This document shows, one piece after another, positions 1-9,996 of a stretch of 64,000 bases of DNA (position 1 is the first letter of the stretch; every line of letters begins with the position of its first letter). The notes under the pieces were generated by a model that saw nothing but the letters and a program-made list of their open reading frames with translations, was not told the origin of the DNA and made no database searches. The translations under genes and the position numbers were made by a program. Where the stretch lies: assembly GCA_016180525.1 (NCBI GenBank), contig JACPBB010000002.1, positions 122,517 to 186,516 of the forward strand. The letters run 5' to 3'. The stretch comes from Parcubacteria group bacterium (GTDB taxonomy: Bacteria > Patescibacteriota > Minisyncoccia > Phycocordibacterales > UBA2135).

Positions 1-1420
1 CAATAAAATTGACAAGATCAGACGGCACCCGTATTTCACTCTCGTGTTTTATTTTTTGAAGGAGTGTGTAGAATTTTTTCACTTTTTCTCGCATTGTGGG
101 CGGCAGTTTTTCTGCATTTCCTGAAAAAATTTTAGCAATAGTTGCCTTCCCGATTCCGCGCGGAGGGACATTGATAATCCGCTTTATGTCGCTGAGACTT
201 TCCGGATTCAAAGATGCTCCAATAAAAGAGATAACGTCTTTTACTTCCTTTCGTTCAAAAAATTTCGTTCCAATGATTTGGTATGGAATGGAATATTTTA
301 GACACGCTTCCTCAAGTGCGCGCGACTGGAAGTTCGCTCTGTACAAGACAGCAACATGCTCGGCGACAGTGCCGGAGTCAATAATTTTTTGTATCGTTCC
401 CACGACAAACTCTGCCTCATCGGCTTCATTGTATGCTCCGAATAGAGCTATTTTTTCCCCTTCAGTTTTTCTGGTGAAAAGATTTTTTTCTTTTCGCAAT
501 GTATTCTTTTTAATTACTTCGTTTGCCGCGTCTAAAATTATTTTTGTTGAACGATAATTTTCTTCAAGCAGTATCACGCGTGCGCCGGGATAGTCTTCTT
601 CAAACCGTAATATATTTTGTATGTTTGCTCCGCGCCAGCTGTAAATATTTTGGTCACTGTCCCCGACAACGCAAATATTGCCGTGCCGAGCGGCAAGAAA
701 TCGCGAAATTCTGTATTGTGCCTCGTTGGTATCTTGATACTCATCTATGTGAATATAGTGCCACTGATTTTGATATTGTTTCAAAACATCAGCGTTTGAC
801 ACAAAAAGGGTAACTGTTTTGAAAATGAGGTCATCAAAATCGAGGGAATTTTCTTTCGCAAGAGAGGCGTCATACAACTCCCAAATGCGAGCGACAAGCA
901 TGAAAAATCCATTATTGCCAAATTCCTCCCTAAATTCTTCTACGGAACGCAAATTTCCTTTATGTTTGCTTATGATTGATTGTATTTTTGAGGGGGTATA
1001 TTGTTTCGGGTCCAGACTAAGCACGCGAATCGCCTCTCGTATGAGGCGAAGCGAATCCTCTCGGTCTTTTATGGAGAAATTCTTCTTTATACCGATGTTT
1101 TTTCCGTGCTCTCTTAAAATACGAACTCCAAGCGAGTGGAAAGTTCCTATAAACGGCGATTCTTCTATAAAAAATGGGGCGGAACGGAGATTTTCTCTCT
1201 CAAGGAGCGCGCATACCCGCTCTCGCATTTCCTCAGCAGCTTTATTTGTAAATGTAACCGCAAGTATTTGGTCTCCAGGCACCCCCTCGCTCATTAGGCG
1301 GGCTATGCGTTCAGTTATTACACGAGTTTTGCCCGTTCCGGCACCAGCGACAATAAGAAGCGGGCCATCTTTGTGTAAAACAGCCTCTTTTTGTTTAGAA
1401 TTAAGGAGTTTTTCGGTCAT
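1..1420 (-). CDS. ATP-dependent DNA helicase, UvrD/PcrA family (5' part; gene runs off window start)
   Basis: Reverse-strand translation from ATG at 1420 gives MTEKLLNSKQKEAVLHKDGPLLIVAGAGTGKTRVITERIARL..., with a Walker A GAGTGKT motif and a later DEYQDTN motif. This is typical of superfamily 1 helicases. The plus-strand ORFs at 96-1442 are shadow ORFs. Confidence 0.85.
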   Translation of the reverse strand, partial: MTEKLLNSKQKEAVLHKDGPLLIVAGAGTGKTRVITERIARLMSEGVPGDQILAVTFTNKAAEEMRERVCALLERENLRSAPFFIEESPFIGTFHSLGVRILREHGKNIGIKKNFSIKDREDSLRLIREAIRVLSLDPKQYTPSKIQSIISKHKGNLRSVEEFREEFGNNGFFMLVARIWELYDASLAKENSLDFDDLIFKTVTLFVSNADVLKQYQNQWHYIHIDEYQDTNEAQYRISRFLAARHGNICVVGDSDQNIYSWRGANIQNILRFEEDYPGARVILLEENYRSTKIILDAANEVIKKNTLRKEKNLFTRKTEGEKIALFGAYNEADEAEFVVGTIQKIIDSGTVAEHVAVLYRANFQSRALEEACLKYSIPYQIIGTKFFERKEVKDVISFIGASLNPESLSDIKRIINVPPRGIGKATIAKIFSGNAEKLPPTMREKVKKFYTLLQKIKHESEIRVPSDLVNFI

Positions 1421-1616
1421 GTGTGCTGGTACTATAGCATAAAAGTATTTTGTATTCCGTATTTTATATCTCGTATGAAAAAAATTATACAAAATATGAG
1501 ATACGATATACTAAATAAACCTTATGGTTATCCACAGTTTAATAACAGAAGAAATGGATAAATATCCTTGTTTAGAAAGACAAAAAACTGACATTTTTTA
1601 GATCACTTTCATTTGG

Positions 1617-1644
1617 TTGACCTTTCCTACTGGTGCGCTATACT
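1617..1644 (+). promoter_or_regulatory. sigma70-like promoter (TTGACC-16nt-TATACT)
   Basis: The -35 TTGACC lies at 1617-1622 and the -10 TATACT at 1639-1644. It sits upstream of the LysM-M23 peptidase gene and leaves a long leader. Confidence 0.5.
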
Positions 1645-1705
1645 TACAAGTATCCCCGATATGGGAGAATAACTGAAAGTGTGGCTTCGTTAAGCCATAT
1701 TTTGA

Positions 1706-2872
1706 TTGATACACAGAGCGTCCGCTAACATTTGGCTTATAAAACCTATTATTCAAGACCCCGACTCTGAGTATAAAATTTTACAGAGTAGCGATTTTTG
1801 TCGGGCGACATATTTAAACCCAACATCGGGCTGGGTGAGAAAAGAAAGGCGGCTCTCAGCGGGGCGGTTCAGCTCTTTTGTGTTGATTGCTCTTCTTTCT
1901 GTTTTTATACCAACTCAAACAGCCCATGCCGGCATTTTCTCCTTTTTAGGTAAAGTTTTTTCAAACGCGGATGAAAGCGTAAAGGAGCAAGGTCTCAACT
2001 CTCAAAACGTTGCGCTGCTTCAAGCAGCACTTAATTTTGACCCAAATCCATCAAAAGGCGGAGGTGAGATTACCATTGTTGGCGATAGTGCTCTTCTTCC
2101 TGACTCGGGCCCTTTGGGGACCATTGCTGACGTTGAGGAATCTTCTTCAAACGGGCAGATTAGCCTCTATGTTGTTCGCGAAGGAGACTCGCTTTCGCAA
2201 ATCGCGAAAATGTTTAAAGTTTCCGTAAATACTATTATTTGGGCAAATGACATAAAAAGAGGAAATATTATCCAGCCGGGGCAAACTCTCCTTATTCTTC
2301 CGATTTCTGGTGTTCAGTATACGATTACTAAAGGAGACACGCTCGCAGGTGTTGCTAAAAAATACAAAGGGAGCGTTGAAGAAATTATGCAATTCAATGG
2401 AATCGCGGATGCATCGTCTGTTTCTGTCGGGGACACAATCATTATTCCTGGAGGAGATGTTGGCCTTCCGATACAGAGTTCGCAAGTTTCCTCAGTTCGT
2501 GTGCGGGGAACTGGAGGACCGAATTATGCCGGATATTATTTGCGACCAGTGCTTGGCGCGGTCCGCTCGCAAGGGCTTCATGGGTATAATGGCATTGACC
2601 TTGCCGCTCCGCATGGGCGTGAAGTGATGGCTTCTGCGTCGGGCAATGTCATTATCGCTCGAGATGCGGGATGGAACGGTGGATATGGAAAATATATTGT
2701 TGTAAGCCACGATAACGGAACACAAACGCTCTACGCGCACTTAAATGGAACAATTGTCCATCAGGGAGCGACCGTTGTGCAAGGGCAAGTCATTGGCTAT
2801 GTCGGCTCAACGGGTCTTTCATCGGGTCCGCATCTTCACTTTGAAGTCCGTGGAGCAAAGAACCCGTTTTAA
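1706..2872 (+). CDS. LysM-domain M23 (LytM-type) peptidoglycan endopeptidase
   Basis: Two LysM-like repeats (YVVREGDSLSQIAKMF..., YTITKGDTLAGVAKKY...) precede a C-terminal M23 signature (HGYNGIDLAAPHG...YVGSTGLSSGPHLHFEV). The signal-peptide-like VRKERRLSAGRFSSFVLIALLSVFIPTQTAHA suggests the true start may be the GTG near 1836. Confidence 0.85.
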   Translation: MIHRASANIWLIKPIIQDPDSEYKILQSSDFCRATYLNPTSGWVRKERRLSAGRFSSFVLIALLSVFIPTQTAHAGIFSFLGKVFSNADESVKEQGLNSQNVALLQAALNFDPNPSKGGGEITIVGDSALLPDSGPLGTIADVEESSSNGQISLYVVREGDSLSQIAKMFKVSVNTIIWANDIKRGNIIQPGQTLLILPISGVQYTITKGDTLAGVAKKYKGSVEEIMQFNGIADASSVSVGDTIIIPGGDVGLPIQSSQVSSVRVRGTGGPNYAGYYLRPVLGAVRSQGLHGYNGIDLAAPHGREVMASASGNVIIARDAGWNGGYGKYIVVSHDNGTQTLYAHLNGTIVHQGATVVQGQVIGYVGSTGLSSGPHLHFEVRGAKNPF

Positions 2873-2911
2873 GTATAGGGGATTAGTCTAGGCATAAAAG
2901 GCAGAAAATCC

Positions 2912-3970
2912 TTGACGCATAAGGATTTTTTTAATTTAAAATGTTGTTTGATATATAATATTATTATGTACACAAAAACGCTTGTAACATTCGTTGTTCT
3001 CGTTGCGCTGTCGCTTGTCGGAAATTTGTTTCTCCAAAAAAGTTTTTCAAAGCGCCTTGTCAAAGAAGCGGGAAAAGAATTGGCGGCGGGAAACTATCTT
3101 TCATCGCTTGCTAAATATAATTCTGCCGCAGAACGGACGTTTGGAGAGACCTCTGCTCTAGCGGAACAAAAAACAGAAGAGGCAAAAGACCTGCTTGTCG
3201 CGGGGGTTAATTTTGAAAAAGCCAAAAAAGCGGCAGAGGAGGGTGACTGGCTTGAAACCAAAGCTCTTCTTACCGGAGACCCCGCGGTAATAAATACATC
3301 ATTTGTCTACTACAGAGAAGCAATCGAACTGTTTTTAGAGGCGAGCGAGAAAGTAAAAGCGCTTGAGGAAAAAATAGACACGGAACTGAAGAAATTAAAA
3401 GTTGAGGCGGCAGAGGAGAAAAAACTCCGTGAAAACGCGGAAGTAAAAATTACTGAAACACAAACACAACTACAAAGCACCATTGCGGAGAAAACAAAAA
3501 CAGAGCAAGTATTGCGAAGCGAAATAGAGCAAAAAGCATCCGAGGCAGCGCAGGCGAAGGCGCAGGCAGAAGCAGAACGCTTGCAAAAATTTAAAAATGA
3601 ACTTGATGTGTATGTTTCAATGCTCACAAAAGGGAATGGGTATCTTACGAACGCACTTTTTGAAATTAACAAGAGCACCTCATCTTTCCTTATTATTGGA
3701 ATTGTTGAGCAGGCAAAAGCACTTTTTGATGAAGCTGAGATTCGGGGAAAAAATTTGCTTGACGAGAGGACTCCTGAAAGTTTAAAAACATATGTGCAAA
3801 AGTTGCTTCAGGCATCCGCACTTTTTCTTGATGCATCTCAGCGAATGGGGAGTTTAGTATACACTGGAAAAGAAAATGAGTCTGAATTTCAACGACTTTC
3901 ACAAGAAATATCCGAGGGAAGAAATACTGCTTTACAAATCACACAAGAACTCCAAAATTTTGTTCGGTAA
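2912..3970 (+). CDS. membrane-anchored coiled-coil protein (hypothetical)
   Basis: An N-terminal TM helix (TLVTFVVLVALSLVGNLF) is followed by a long K/E/A-rich heptad-like sequence. The start may be the internal Met near 2966. Confidence 0.55.
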   Translation: MTHKDFFNLKCCLIYNIIMYTKTLVTFVVLVALSLVGNLFLQKSFSKRLVKEAGKELAAGNYLSSLAKYNSAAERTFGETSALAEQKTEEAKDLLVAGVNFEKAKKAAEEGDWLETKALLTGDPAVINTSFVYYREAIELFLEASEKVKALEEKIDTELKKLKVEAAEEKKLRENAEVKITETQTQLQSTIAEKTKTEQVLRSEIEQKASEAAQAKAQAEAERLQKFKNELDVYVSMLTKGNGYLTNALFEINKSTSSFLIIGIVEQAKALFDEAEIRGKNLLDERTPESLKTYVQKLLQASALFLDASQRMGSLVYTGKENESEFQRLSQEISEGRNTALQITQELQNFVR

Positions 3971-4010
3971 TAAAAAGAAAAGCCTCGCAGTTTCCTGCGA
4001 GGCCGGAAGG

Positions 4011-4622
4011 TTAAATCCACTCTCTCAGAGGGATTTTATTTTTAATCCGATAGACGAAGAGTGGAATTGAAACGAAAGATGCGAGGGCAAGCATATAAGC
4101 AGGGAGAAAATAGTTCGCAAATGTATTTTCGGTAACCGCGAACATGGCGATGCTGTACCCAACACCGAAGAGTACCCACATAAACGGTCGGTCATCCTGT
4201 GGATTTTTTCGTATGAAGATGATTGTCGGAATTGCGGCGCATGCGTCTGCAAGGATTGCGAGATAAAGTGCGAATTGCGCAAGTTCTCGGCTTTCTTTCA
4301 CGGCAACCCACAGTAGAAGCGACCCGACACAGGCACTGACGCAACACTGTTCAGCCTTTGTGAGCTTTGTCCACTCACCCTTCTTTATAGCCGCAAGTAC
4401 GGCAATGAGAAGTGGGTTTGTGAAGCCAAACACGGCGGGCCAGATGTTGTCTTCTGCGCCCGAACTCGCGTAGGTTACGAGGAGCAAAAAGCCGATGAGG
4501 GTCCACAGGGACCAACTGGTCACACTTGGCTTGATTTTTCCTTGCCAAGTGCGATAGGCGTACGGGATGGCGCTCACGACAACGAGCGTTCCCGACAGGA
4601 TTCCGATTTGGTCGGGAGTCAC
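4011..4622 (-). CDS. integral membrane protein (hypothetical, about 6 TM)
   Basis: A 203-aa ORF with multiple hydrophobic segments. No motif recognised. Confidence 0.55.
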   Translation of the reverse strand: MTPDQIGILSGTLVVVSAIPYAYRTWQGKIKPSVTSWSLWTLIGFLLLVTYASSGAEDNIWPAVFGFTNPLLIAVLAAIKKGEWTKLTKAEQCCVSACVGSLLLWVAVKESRELAQFALYLAILADACAAIPTIIFIRKNPQDDRPFMWVLFGVGYSIAMFAVTENTFANYFLPAYMLALASFVSIPLFVYRIKNKIPLREWI

Positions 4623-4729
4623 GAGTCACCTTCCTTTCAGAGATTTTCAGGTTGAAGTCAAAGAATAAAGTTTGTTGTATTTATTATATCAAAAAATATC
4701 TATCTTGTCAAGTTTTTGTTTCTCTAAAG

Positions 4730-6316
4730 TTAATACACAAACTGTTTGGGCCGATATTGTAGCGCCTCAAGGAGGTGTTGTTCTTGTATGTTGTCGCTGT
4801 TGTCTAAATCCGCGATGGTGCGGGAGAGTTTGATGACTCTGTGATACGAGCGCGCAGAGAGGTCTAATTTTTTTGCCGACTCTATAAGAAGCGCGCGAAC
4901 AGAATCAGAGAGCGGCAGGAGCGAATCTATTTCTTTTACTCCGATGTGAGCGTTAAGTAAGGCCTTCGCGTTTTTAAATCTTTCTTTTTGAATTTCCCGC
5001 GCATTCTTTATTCTTTTTCGCACGATATCGCTTTCTTTTAAAATATTTTTTGCTCGTTTTTTATCCGGAGAGAGTTTCTCGTGCTCTATCCGTACGACGG
5101 GAATCCACATATCAATACGGTCAACGATGGGGCCGGAAATTTTTTGGTGATATTTTACGAGCTGTGATGGCGTGCAGACGCATTCTTTTGTTTTGTCTCC
5201 ATAAAAGCCACAGGGACAGGGGTTAAACGCGGCGATTAAAATAAATTGCGCGGGAAATATTTCAGAACCCTTCGCGCGCGCGATTGATATCACGCCTTCC
5301 TCAAGCGGCTCGCGCAAGGACTCAATAACCCTTCGGTCAAATTCCGGAAATTCGTCAAGAAAAAGAACTCCGCGATGAGAGAGCGTGATTTCTCCGGGTT
5401 TTGGAAATGTGCCGCCTCCAACAACGGAGACATATGAAGACGTGTGATGCGGAGCGCGAAACGGTGGGGCAGTTACCAATGCCCCGCCCGTTTTTCCCAC
5501 AACTCCATAAATGCCCGTTACCTCAAGAGCCTCCTCTAATGATAGTGGCGGAAGAATCCCCGCGAATGAACGGGCAAGAAGCGTCTTTCCTGTGCCGGGC
5601 GGACCAAAGAAGGCGATATTGTGTCCGCCCGCGGCGGCTATCTCAAGCCCACGCTTCGCGCCTTCTTGTCCTTTGATATCCGAGAAATCAATCGCATCTT
5701 CGTGTGATTTTTCCGCAACAAGTGAAAAATCTCTGGGCACAGCCGCTTTTAGTGTTTCTCCATCCACATCGGTTTTTTTCTTTTGACGCTCGCCTGGTGT
5801 TTTTGTGTTTAGATGGGAGATAACTTCTGTGAGATTTTTCGCTCCGTACAGAGTGATACCTTTTATAAAAGATGCTTCGCGCGCATTTTCTTCCGGAAGA
5901 AATACTTCTTCAAATCCCCTATCTTTCGCGTACTGCGCCAAAAGAAGCGCGCCTTTTATCGGACGCAACTCACCTCCGAGTGAGAGTTCCCCAAGAAATA
6001 ATTTTTTCTCCGGATTAAATTCCACGTCCTTTTTCGCCAAGAGATATGCAAGAGCAATTGCCAAGTCAAAAATAGGCCCTTCTTTTTTTAAATCGGCAGG
6101 GGCGAGCGAAACCACGACTTTTTGCTGGCCGCTATTTTTGGGAGACTTAAAACCAGCGCTTTTTATAGCAGAACTCACGCGGTCTTTTGACTCTTCAACG
6201 GCCTTGTCGGGAAGCCCAACGATTGAGAATGTATGAAACCCTTTGAATAAATCAACCTCCACGGAAACAATATGAGGAGTAAGGCCGACGGCTTGTGCCG
6301 AGTAAATGATTTTCAT
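4730..6316 (-). CDS. comM: Mg-chelatase-like AAA+ ATPase ComM/YifB
   Basis: The N-terminus MKIIYSAQAVGLTPHIVSVEVDL...GLPDKAVEESKDRV is characteristic of YifB/ComM. A Walker A FFGPPGTGKT is present and the C-terminal domain looks Mg-chelatase-like. Confidence 0.9.
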   Translation of the reverse strand: MKIIYSAQAVGLTPHIVSVEVDLFKGFHTFSIVGLPDKAVEESKDRVSSAIKSAGFKSPKNSGQQKVVVSLAPADLKKEGPIFDLAIALAYLLAKKDVEFNPEKKLFLGELSLGGELRPIKGALLLAQYAKDRGFEEVFLPEENAREASFIKGITLYGAKNLTEVISHLNTKTPGERQKKKTDVDGETLKAAVPRDFSLVAEKSHEDAIDFSDIKGQEGAKRGLEIAAAGGHNIAFFGPPGTGKTLLARSFAGILPPLSLEEALEVTGIYGVVGKTGGALVTAPPFRAPHHTSSYVSVVGGGTFPKPGEITLSHRGVLFLDEFPEFDRRVIESLREPLEEGVISIARAKGSEIFPAQFILIAAFNPCPCGFYGDKTKECVCTPSQLVKYHQKISGPIVDRIDMWIPVVRIEHEKLSPDKKRAKNILKESDIVRKRIKNAREIQKERFKNAKALLNAHIGVKEIDSLLPLSDSVRALLIESAKKLDLSARSYHRVIKLSRTIADLDNSDNIQEQHLLEALQYRPKQFVY

Positions 6317-6339
6317 TGCACATCAGTTTATAGAAAAGT

Positions 6340-6362
6340 TTAAAGATATGCAAATAAAAGAC
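6340..6362 (-). terminator. intrinsic terminator hairpin (GACCTCCTCGGAGGTC + U-run on minus)
   Basis: A palindrome followed by T-run on the minus strand, directly after the stop of the 6376-7020 gene. Confidence 0.5.
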
Positions 6363-6375
6363 CTCCTCGGAGGTC

Positions 6376-7020
6376 TTAGATTAATTTTTCTATTTCACGC
6401 TTGAGATACTCCCCGCGCCAGCGGTCTTCTTGAAGCAGGAGTTTTATCAATGCATCAGCAAGCGGAAGATAGTGGATGCGTGTTTCTCTGCGACAGCGCT
6501 CCTGCTTTTCTTTACTACAGGCAGAGAGCGAACGGAGGTTGTGCAGCCTGTCGGAGAGTTTCACCAAAAGCACTTCCCATTCGTGACACTGTGAGAGCCG
6601 GTCGAGATAGTCAACGCCCGGAGTTTTTGTGAGTAATATGATCCAGCGCGCGGCCCGCTTTCCAAAGTTAATCGCGATTCGCTTTTCGTTGAGCAGCCAT
6701 GAATCCTCAAGAATATCGTGTAAAAGCGCGGTTACGATAATTCTCCAGTTGTCGTTTAATTTCAACTCGTCAATAATGATGTTTGCAACGGCGCGCGGAT
6801 GTTCAAAGTATCGCTGTCCGCAATCTCGCACCTGTTTTGAATGCCCGTACTTTGAAAACATATACGCCGCAAGCACCTTTTCCTGCTCATCTTCCGTAAG
6901 ATGCAGCGCAAGTTTTTCAAGAAATTTTTCCTTTCTTGTCATTTCTCGACCTCCTTTCCGTGCTGGAAACAACCCGCTGTTTTCTTTTGCAATAACATCA
7001 TCTCTCATCATTTTAAGCAC
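6376..7020 (-). CDS. HD-domain phosphohydrolase (small RelA/SpoT-like HD protein)
   Basis: The HD motif context ...IVTALLHDILEDS... is present, with the conserved upstream H. The true start is probably the internal Met (MTRKEKFLEKL). Confidence 0.65.
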   Translation of the reverse strand: MLKMMRDDVIAKENSGLFPARKGGREMTRKEKFLEKLALHLTEDEQEKVLAAYMFSKYGHSKQVRDCGQRYFEHPRAVANIIIDELKLNDNWRIIVTALLHDILEDSWLLNEKRIAINFGKRAARWIILLTKTPGVDYLDRLSQCHEWEVLLVKLSDRLHNLRSLSACSKEKQERCRRETRIHYLPLADALIKLLLQEDRWRGEYLKREIEKLI

Positions 7021-7032
7021 AACTTTGTTTTT

Positions 7033-7488
7033 TTATTTTTTCTCAAAATTTTTTGGTAATTTTTTTATCTTTTTTAGAGCAGCTAAGGACTGAAGCACCC
7101 GCGTCTTAAGCCAATCATCACGGAATTGATACACCTTTGGCCTGCGGTCCAGTTCATTGAAATAATGATCCGCTGGCCAACGTCCCCATATTGTTTTATT
7201 TTTTGGACACTTTCTGCCCGTTACTATTATTCCTTCTTCTTCCAAGCCGCATATAAGACATCTTCTTTCCGGTATTAGCGGACTCTCCGGAGATTCTACA
7301 ACTAACGCATGAGCGCACCTCTTTTGAAGATTTTTTGCTAATTTTTCTCGTTGTTTTTTTATTGATTTAATTATTCGGTCAGTTTTAAGAATTTCATTGC
7401 GCAAATCTTTAAACTTCATTGTTTCTTTTACTTCTGGATTATCTTTTTTCATTAGCTCTTCCCTTTTTGTTTTAATAACGGACACCAC
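7033..7488 (-). CDS. hypothetical protein with Cys cluster (CLICG...C..C)
   Basis: A 151-aa basic ORF that overlaps the next ORF by 37 nt. No family recognised. Confidence 0.45.
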   Translation of the reverse strand: MVSVIKTKREELMKKDNPEVKETMKFKDLRNEILKTDRIIKSIKKQREKLAKNLQKRCAHALVVESPESPLIPERRCLICGLEEEGIIVTGRKCPKNKTIWGRWPADHYFNELDRRPKVYQFRDDWLKTRVLQSLAALKKIKKLPKNFEKK

Positions 7489-7688
7489 GAAGGGATACTT
7501 GTCTCTCGGCGAGTATTATAGGGTCGGCATGCAACGGTTACGTTTCTACTCGTTTTTGTGCAAACAACTTTTACATCATCATCGCAAAACCAGTCGTCAG
7601 GGTCCGGATCCGCTTGAACTTGATGGTGCGGGCAATCTACGCAGCTTGTGAATTTTGATTTTATTGTGACGGTTGTTTCTTTGCTCAT
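7452..7688 (-). CDS. small zinc-ribbon-like protein (hypothetical)
   Basis: CVDCPHH...DDWFCDDD...C spacing suggests a Zn-finger. Confidence 0.4.
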   Translation of the reverse strand: MSKETTVTIKSKFTSCVDCPHHQVQADPDPDDWFCDDDVKVVCTKTSRNVTVACRPYNTRRETSIPSWCPLLKQKGKS

Positions 7689-7860
7689 GCGACCCTCCTT
7701 CTTTCAAGGAACTGAATTGTTCCACCTTTACTATATATGCAATAATAAATATTGTCTTGATTTTTTACAGTTTTTGTAATAAAATAGACATAATGCTTAA
7801 AAAGTACTTATTTTAAAGCATATTTTAAAATAAAAAGTTGTAAAAAATTAATACATAAAT

Positions 7861-8586
7861 ATGGACAATAAAGATATTTTAAGAAGCCTAGGTTTAACAA
7901 AAGAAGAGAGCGCCATTTATACAACTCTTTTAGAAGAGGGTTCGGGAACAGTGTCCGCTATCTCCAAACAGACGGGGCTTCATCGGCCAGCCGTGTACAA
8001 AACACTCCCCGCGCTTCTTTCGCGTGGTCTTATCTCTATGGCCCCCAAAGGAAAACAGAAACAGTATGTCGCAGAGTCTCCGCACAAACTGAAACTGCTT
8101 GCTGAAAATATTACTCACGCGCTAGAAGGGCGGCTGCCGGAGCTTGAAGCGGCCTATGCCCGAAAAGAAAAAAGACCGATTGTAAAATTTTTATCCGGAA
8201 GAGCGGGAATTATATTTGTCTATGAAGATTTGCTCGCGACACTCAAGCGAGGAGAAGTATTTTACCGATACAGCTCCGCGAAAGGAGAGCGCAAGCAGGA
8301 TTGGTATGTGCCAAAAAACTATAGAGAACGCCGAGACCAAAAAAAGATTGAACGGTTTGTCATAACGAACGAAAAAACAAAAGGAAGAAAGAAGCCCCGA
8401 CTGGAGCGCTATATAAAAGTAATTCCCAAAGAATATGATTTATGGGAATACGATATCACCCAGTTAATTTATGGAAATAAAATTGCGTTTGTTGATTACA
8501 ACACCGAAACGGCGGTTATCATTGAAAATCCCATTATCGCGGAATTTCAAAAAAAGATATTTAAACTTTTATTTAGCAAACTGTAA
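7861..8586 (+). CDS. TrmB-like winged-helix transcriptional regulator (paralog 1)
   Basis: N-terminal HTH LGLTKEESAIYTTLLEEGSGTVSAISKQTGLHRPAVYKTLPALLSRGLI. It shares architecture with the ORFs at 22263-23018 and 26268-27050. Confidence 0.7.
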   Translation: MDNKDILRSLGLTKEESAIYTTLLEEGSGTVSAISKQTGLHRPAVYKTLPALLSRGLISMAPKGKQKQYVAESPHKLKLLAENITHALEGRLPELEAAYARKEKRPIVKFLSGRAGIIFVYEDLLATLKRGEVFYRYSSAKGERKQDWYVPKNYRERRDQKKIERFVITNEKTKGRKKPRLERYIKVIPKEYDLWEYDITQLIYGNKIAFVDYNTETAVIIENPIIAEFQKKIFKLLFSKL

Positions 8587-8588
8587 AC

Positions 8589-8625
8589 GAAAAACACCAT
8601 CATTTAATGATGGTGTTTTTCGTTC
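8589..8625. terminator. bidirectional terminator palindrome (AAAACACCATCATT-TAA-TGATGGTGTTTT)
   Basis: A perfect inverted repeat flanked by an A-run and a T-run, lying between convergent genes. Confidence 0.6.
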
Positions 8626-8993
8626 GGCAGGTCGTTTAAATGTTTTTTGCAGGTGCGCGCGGAAGGATTGACACGGAGGCGGTCTTCTTCAATTGGCTTA
8701 TTGCACACTTCGCAAAGGCCAAACGTGCCTTCTTTCAGCTTCATAAGTGCGCGATTTATATTCAGGAGTCTTTCTTCCAGCTCCGCTCCAATGCCGCTTC
8801 GCTCCGCCAATTCCTCAAGCCTGTCTGCTTTTACATTTTCATCAGGATCCTGCGTTGAAGCATCTTTTTCGGGCGCTGCCTCCCAATCTCCTTTTACGTC
8901 AGGGTTTTTTTGTCCAAGGGAGGAAAGCTCTTGTTCCAGGAGCTCTTTTTCTTCTTCTAACTTTTGTTTAAAATGCGTTGTGTCTAAGGCCAT
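8604..8993 (-). CDS. DksA/TraR-family C4 zinc-finger protein
   Basis: The C-terminal CEVCNKPIEEDRLRVNPSARTCKKH zinc ribbon follows an acidic coiled-coil. Confidence 0.75.
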   Translation of the reverse strand: MALDTTHFKQKLEEEKELLEQELSSLGQKNPDVKGDWEAAPEKDASTQDPDENVKADRLEELAERSGIGAELEERLLNINRALMKLKEGTFGLCEVCNKPIEEDRLRVNPSARTCKKHLNDLPNEKHHH

Positions 8994-9028
8994 AGTTAGT
9001 ATTTAGTATGTAATATTTAGTATATAGA
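8994..9028. repeat. heptamer tandem repeat (AGTWTNT)x~5
   Basis: agttagt atttagt atgtaat atttagt atatag, period 7. Confidence 0.6.
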
Positions 9029-9045
9029 ATCAAGTGCCGCAGAGC

Positions 9046-9966
9046 TTATCTTATCGTTGGGTTTGGGGTTCGAAGGCGCTTCGCAATTTCCTTAAACGCG
9101 TCAATGTTTGTGGTTATAACTATAGTTTCTCTGTCTACAAAAGAATATAAAAGAATCACTTCACTCGCCGCATTTCTTAAAATTCTGACATCAGTGTTAT
9201 CAACTACTACATCCTCAAATGTTACTCGTCCGCGTGCGGATCCTGTTTGAAACAAGGGGGCGAGGTCAAAAGGCATAAACGACTCCCACTCAAGCATTCC
9301 CAAGAATGCCCCATCATAGAAACGATTTTGGAGAATTAAAACAGGCACCGTGGTTTTAAAAGAATGAAATCCGAAAAAGAATTGGTCATCAAGCGTTCGC
9401 AAAAGCTGCGGCGGAATACTGTTCGGGAGGGCGGAGAGCAATTCTGATATAGCAACGGGAGCTTCACAGAATCCCTCTATACATGTCACTTGTTTTACAA
9501 ACGCAACATGCAAGACGCTGTTTATGGGGATTGTCGCTTGCTCCCATGCGCGAGCAACTCCTGCTTTTATTTCTTGCTCAGTTATATTTGAGAGGGTGAT
9601 TTTAGAATCAACTTCAGTAAATATGGGTGTCCACAATGGAGCAACTTGAACAACTCTCGTTTCAGTCTCTTTTTTCCCGATAAATAAAAGTGCTACAACT
9701 GTCATAGCAATTATAAAAAGCACGATACCGCCTCCCATTGCGATATTTTTTAGAGAAAAAATATTCCTTTTCTCTTGCGGGGGGATTGTTGCTCCGGAGC
9801 TGTCTCTTCTCGCGCTTTCGGCAACTACCATGCGGGCAAGCGACTGTTTGCCCGACTTCATTGATTCTGCCACGTCACTTTTATATGTCCGCAAACGTTG
9901 CAGAGGACTTTCTTCTTTTTTGGGAAAGATGTTCTTATTTTCATCCATATGAGGTAATAATAACAC
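9046..9966 (-). CDS. membrane-anchored hypothetical protein
   Basis: A 306-aa ORF with one TM segment (GGGIVLFIIAMTVVALLFIG) and an extracytoplasmic domain. No motif recognised. Confidence 0.5.
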   Translation of the reverse strand: MLLLPHMDENKNIFPKKEESPLQRLRTYKSDVAESMKSGKQSLARMVVAESARRDSSGATIPPQEKRNIFSLKNIAMGGGIVLFIIAMTVVALLFIGKKETETRVVQVAPLWTPIFTEVDSKITLSNITEQEIKAGVARAWEQATIPINSVLHVAFVKQVTCIEGFCEAPVAISELLSALPNSIPPQLLRTLDDQFFFGFHSFKTTVPVLILQNRFYDGAFLGMLEWESFMPFDLAPLFQTGSARGRVTFEDVVVDNTDVRILRNAASEVILLYSFVDRETIVITTNIDAFKEIAKRLRTPNPTIR

Positions 9967-9996
9967 ACCCCGCTTTGTGCGGGGGTGTGTTATGTT

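Noticed and set aside
96-1442. Plus-strand ORFs 96-557, 523-813 and 819-1442 from the ORF track
   Set aside because: Their translations are low-complexity shadow frames. The reverse strand encodes a clear UvrD/PcrA helicase with Walker A and DEYQD motifs across this whole interval.
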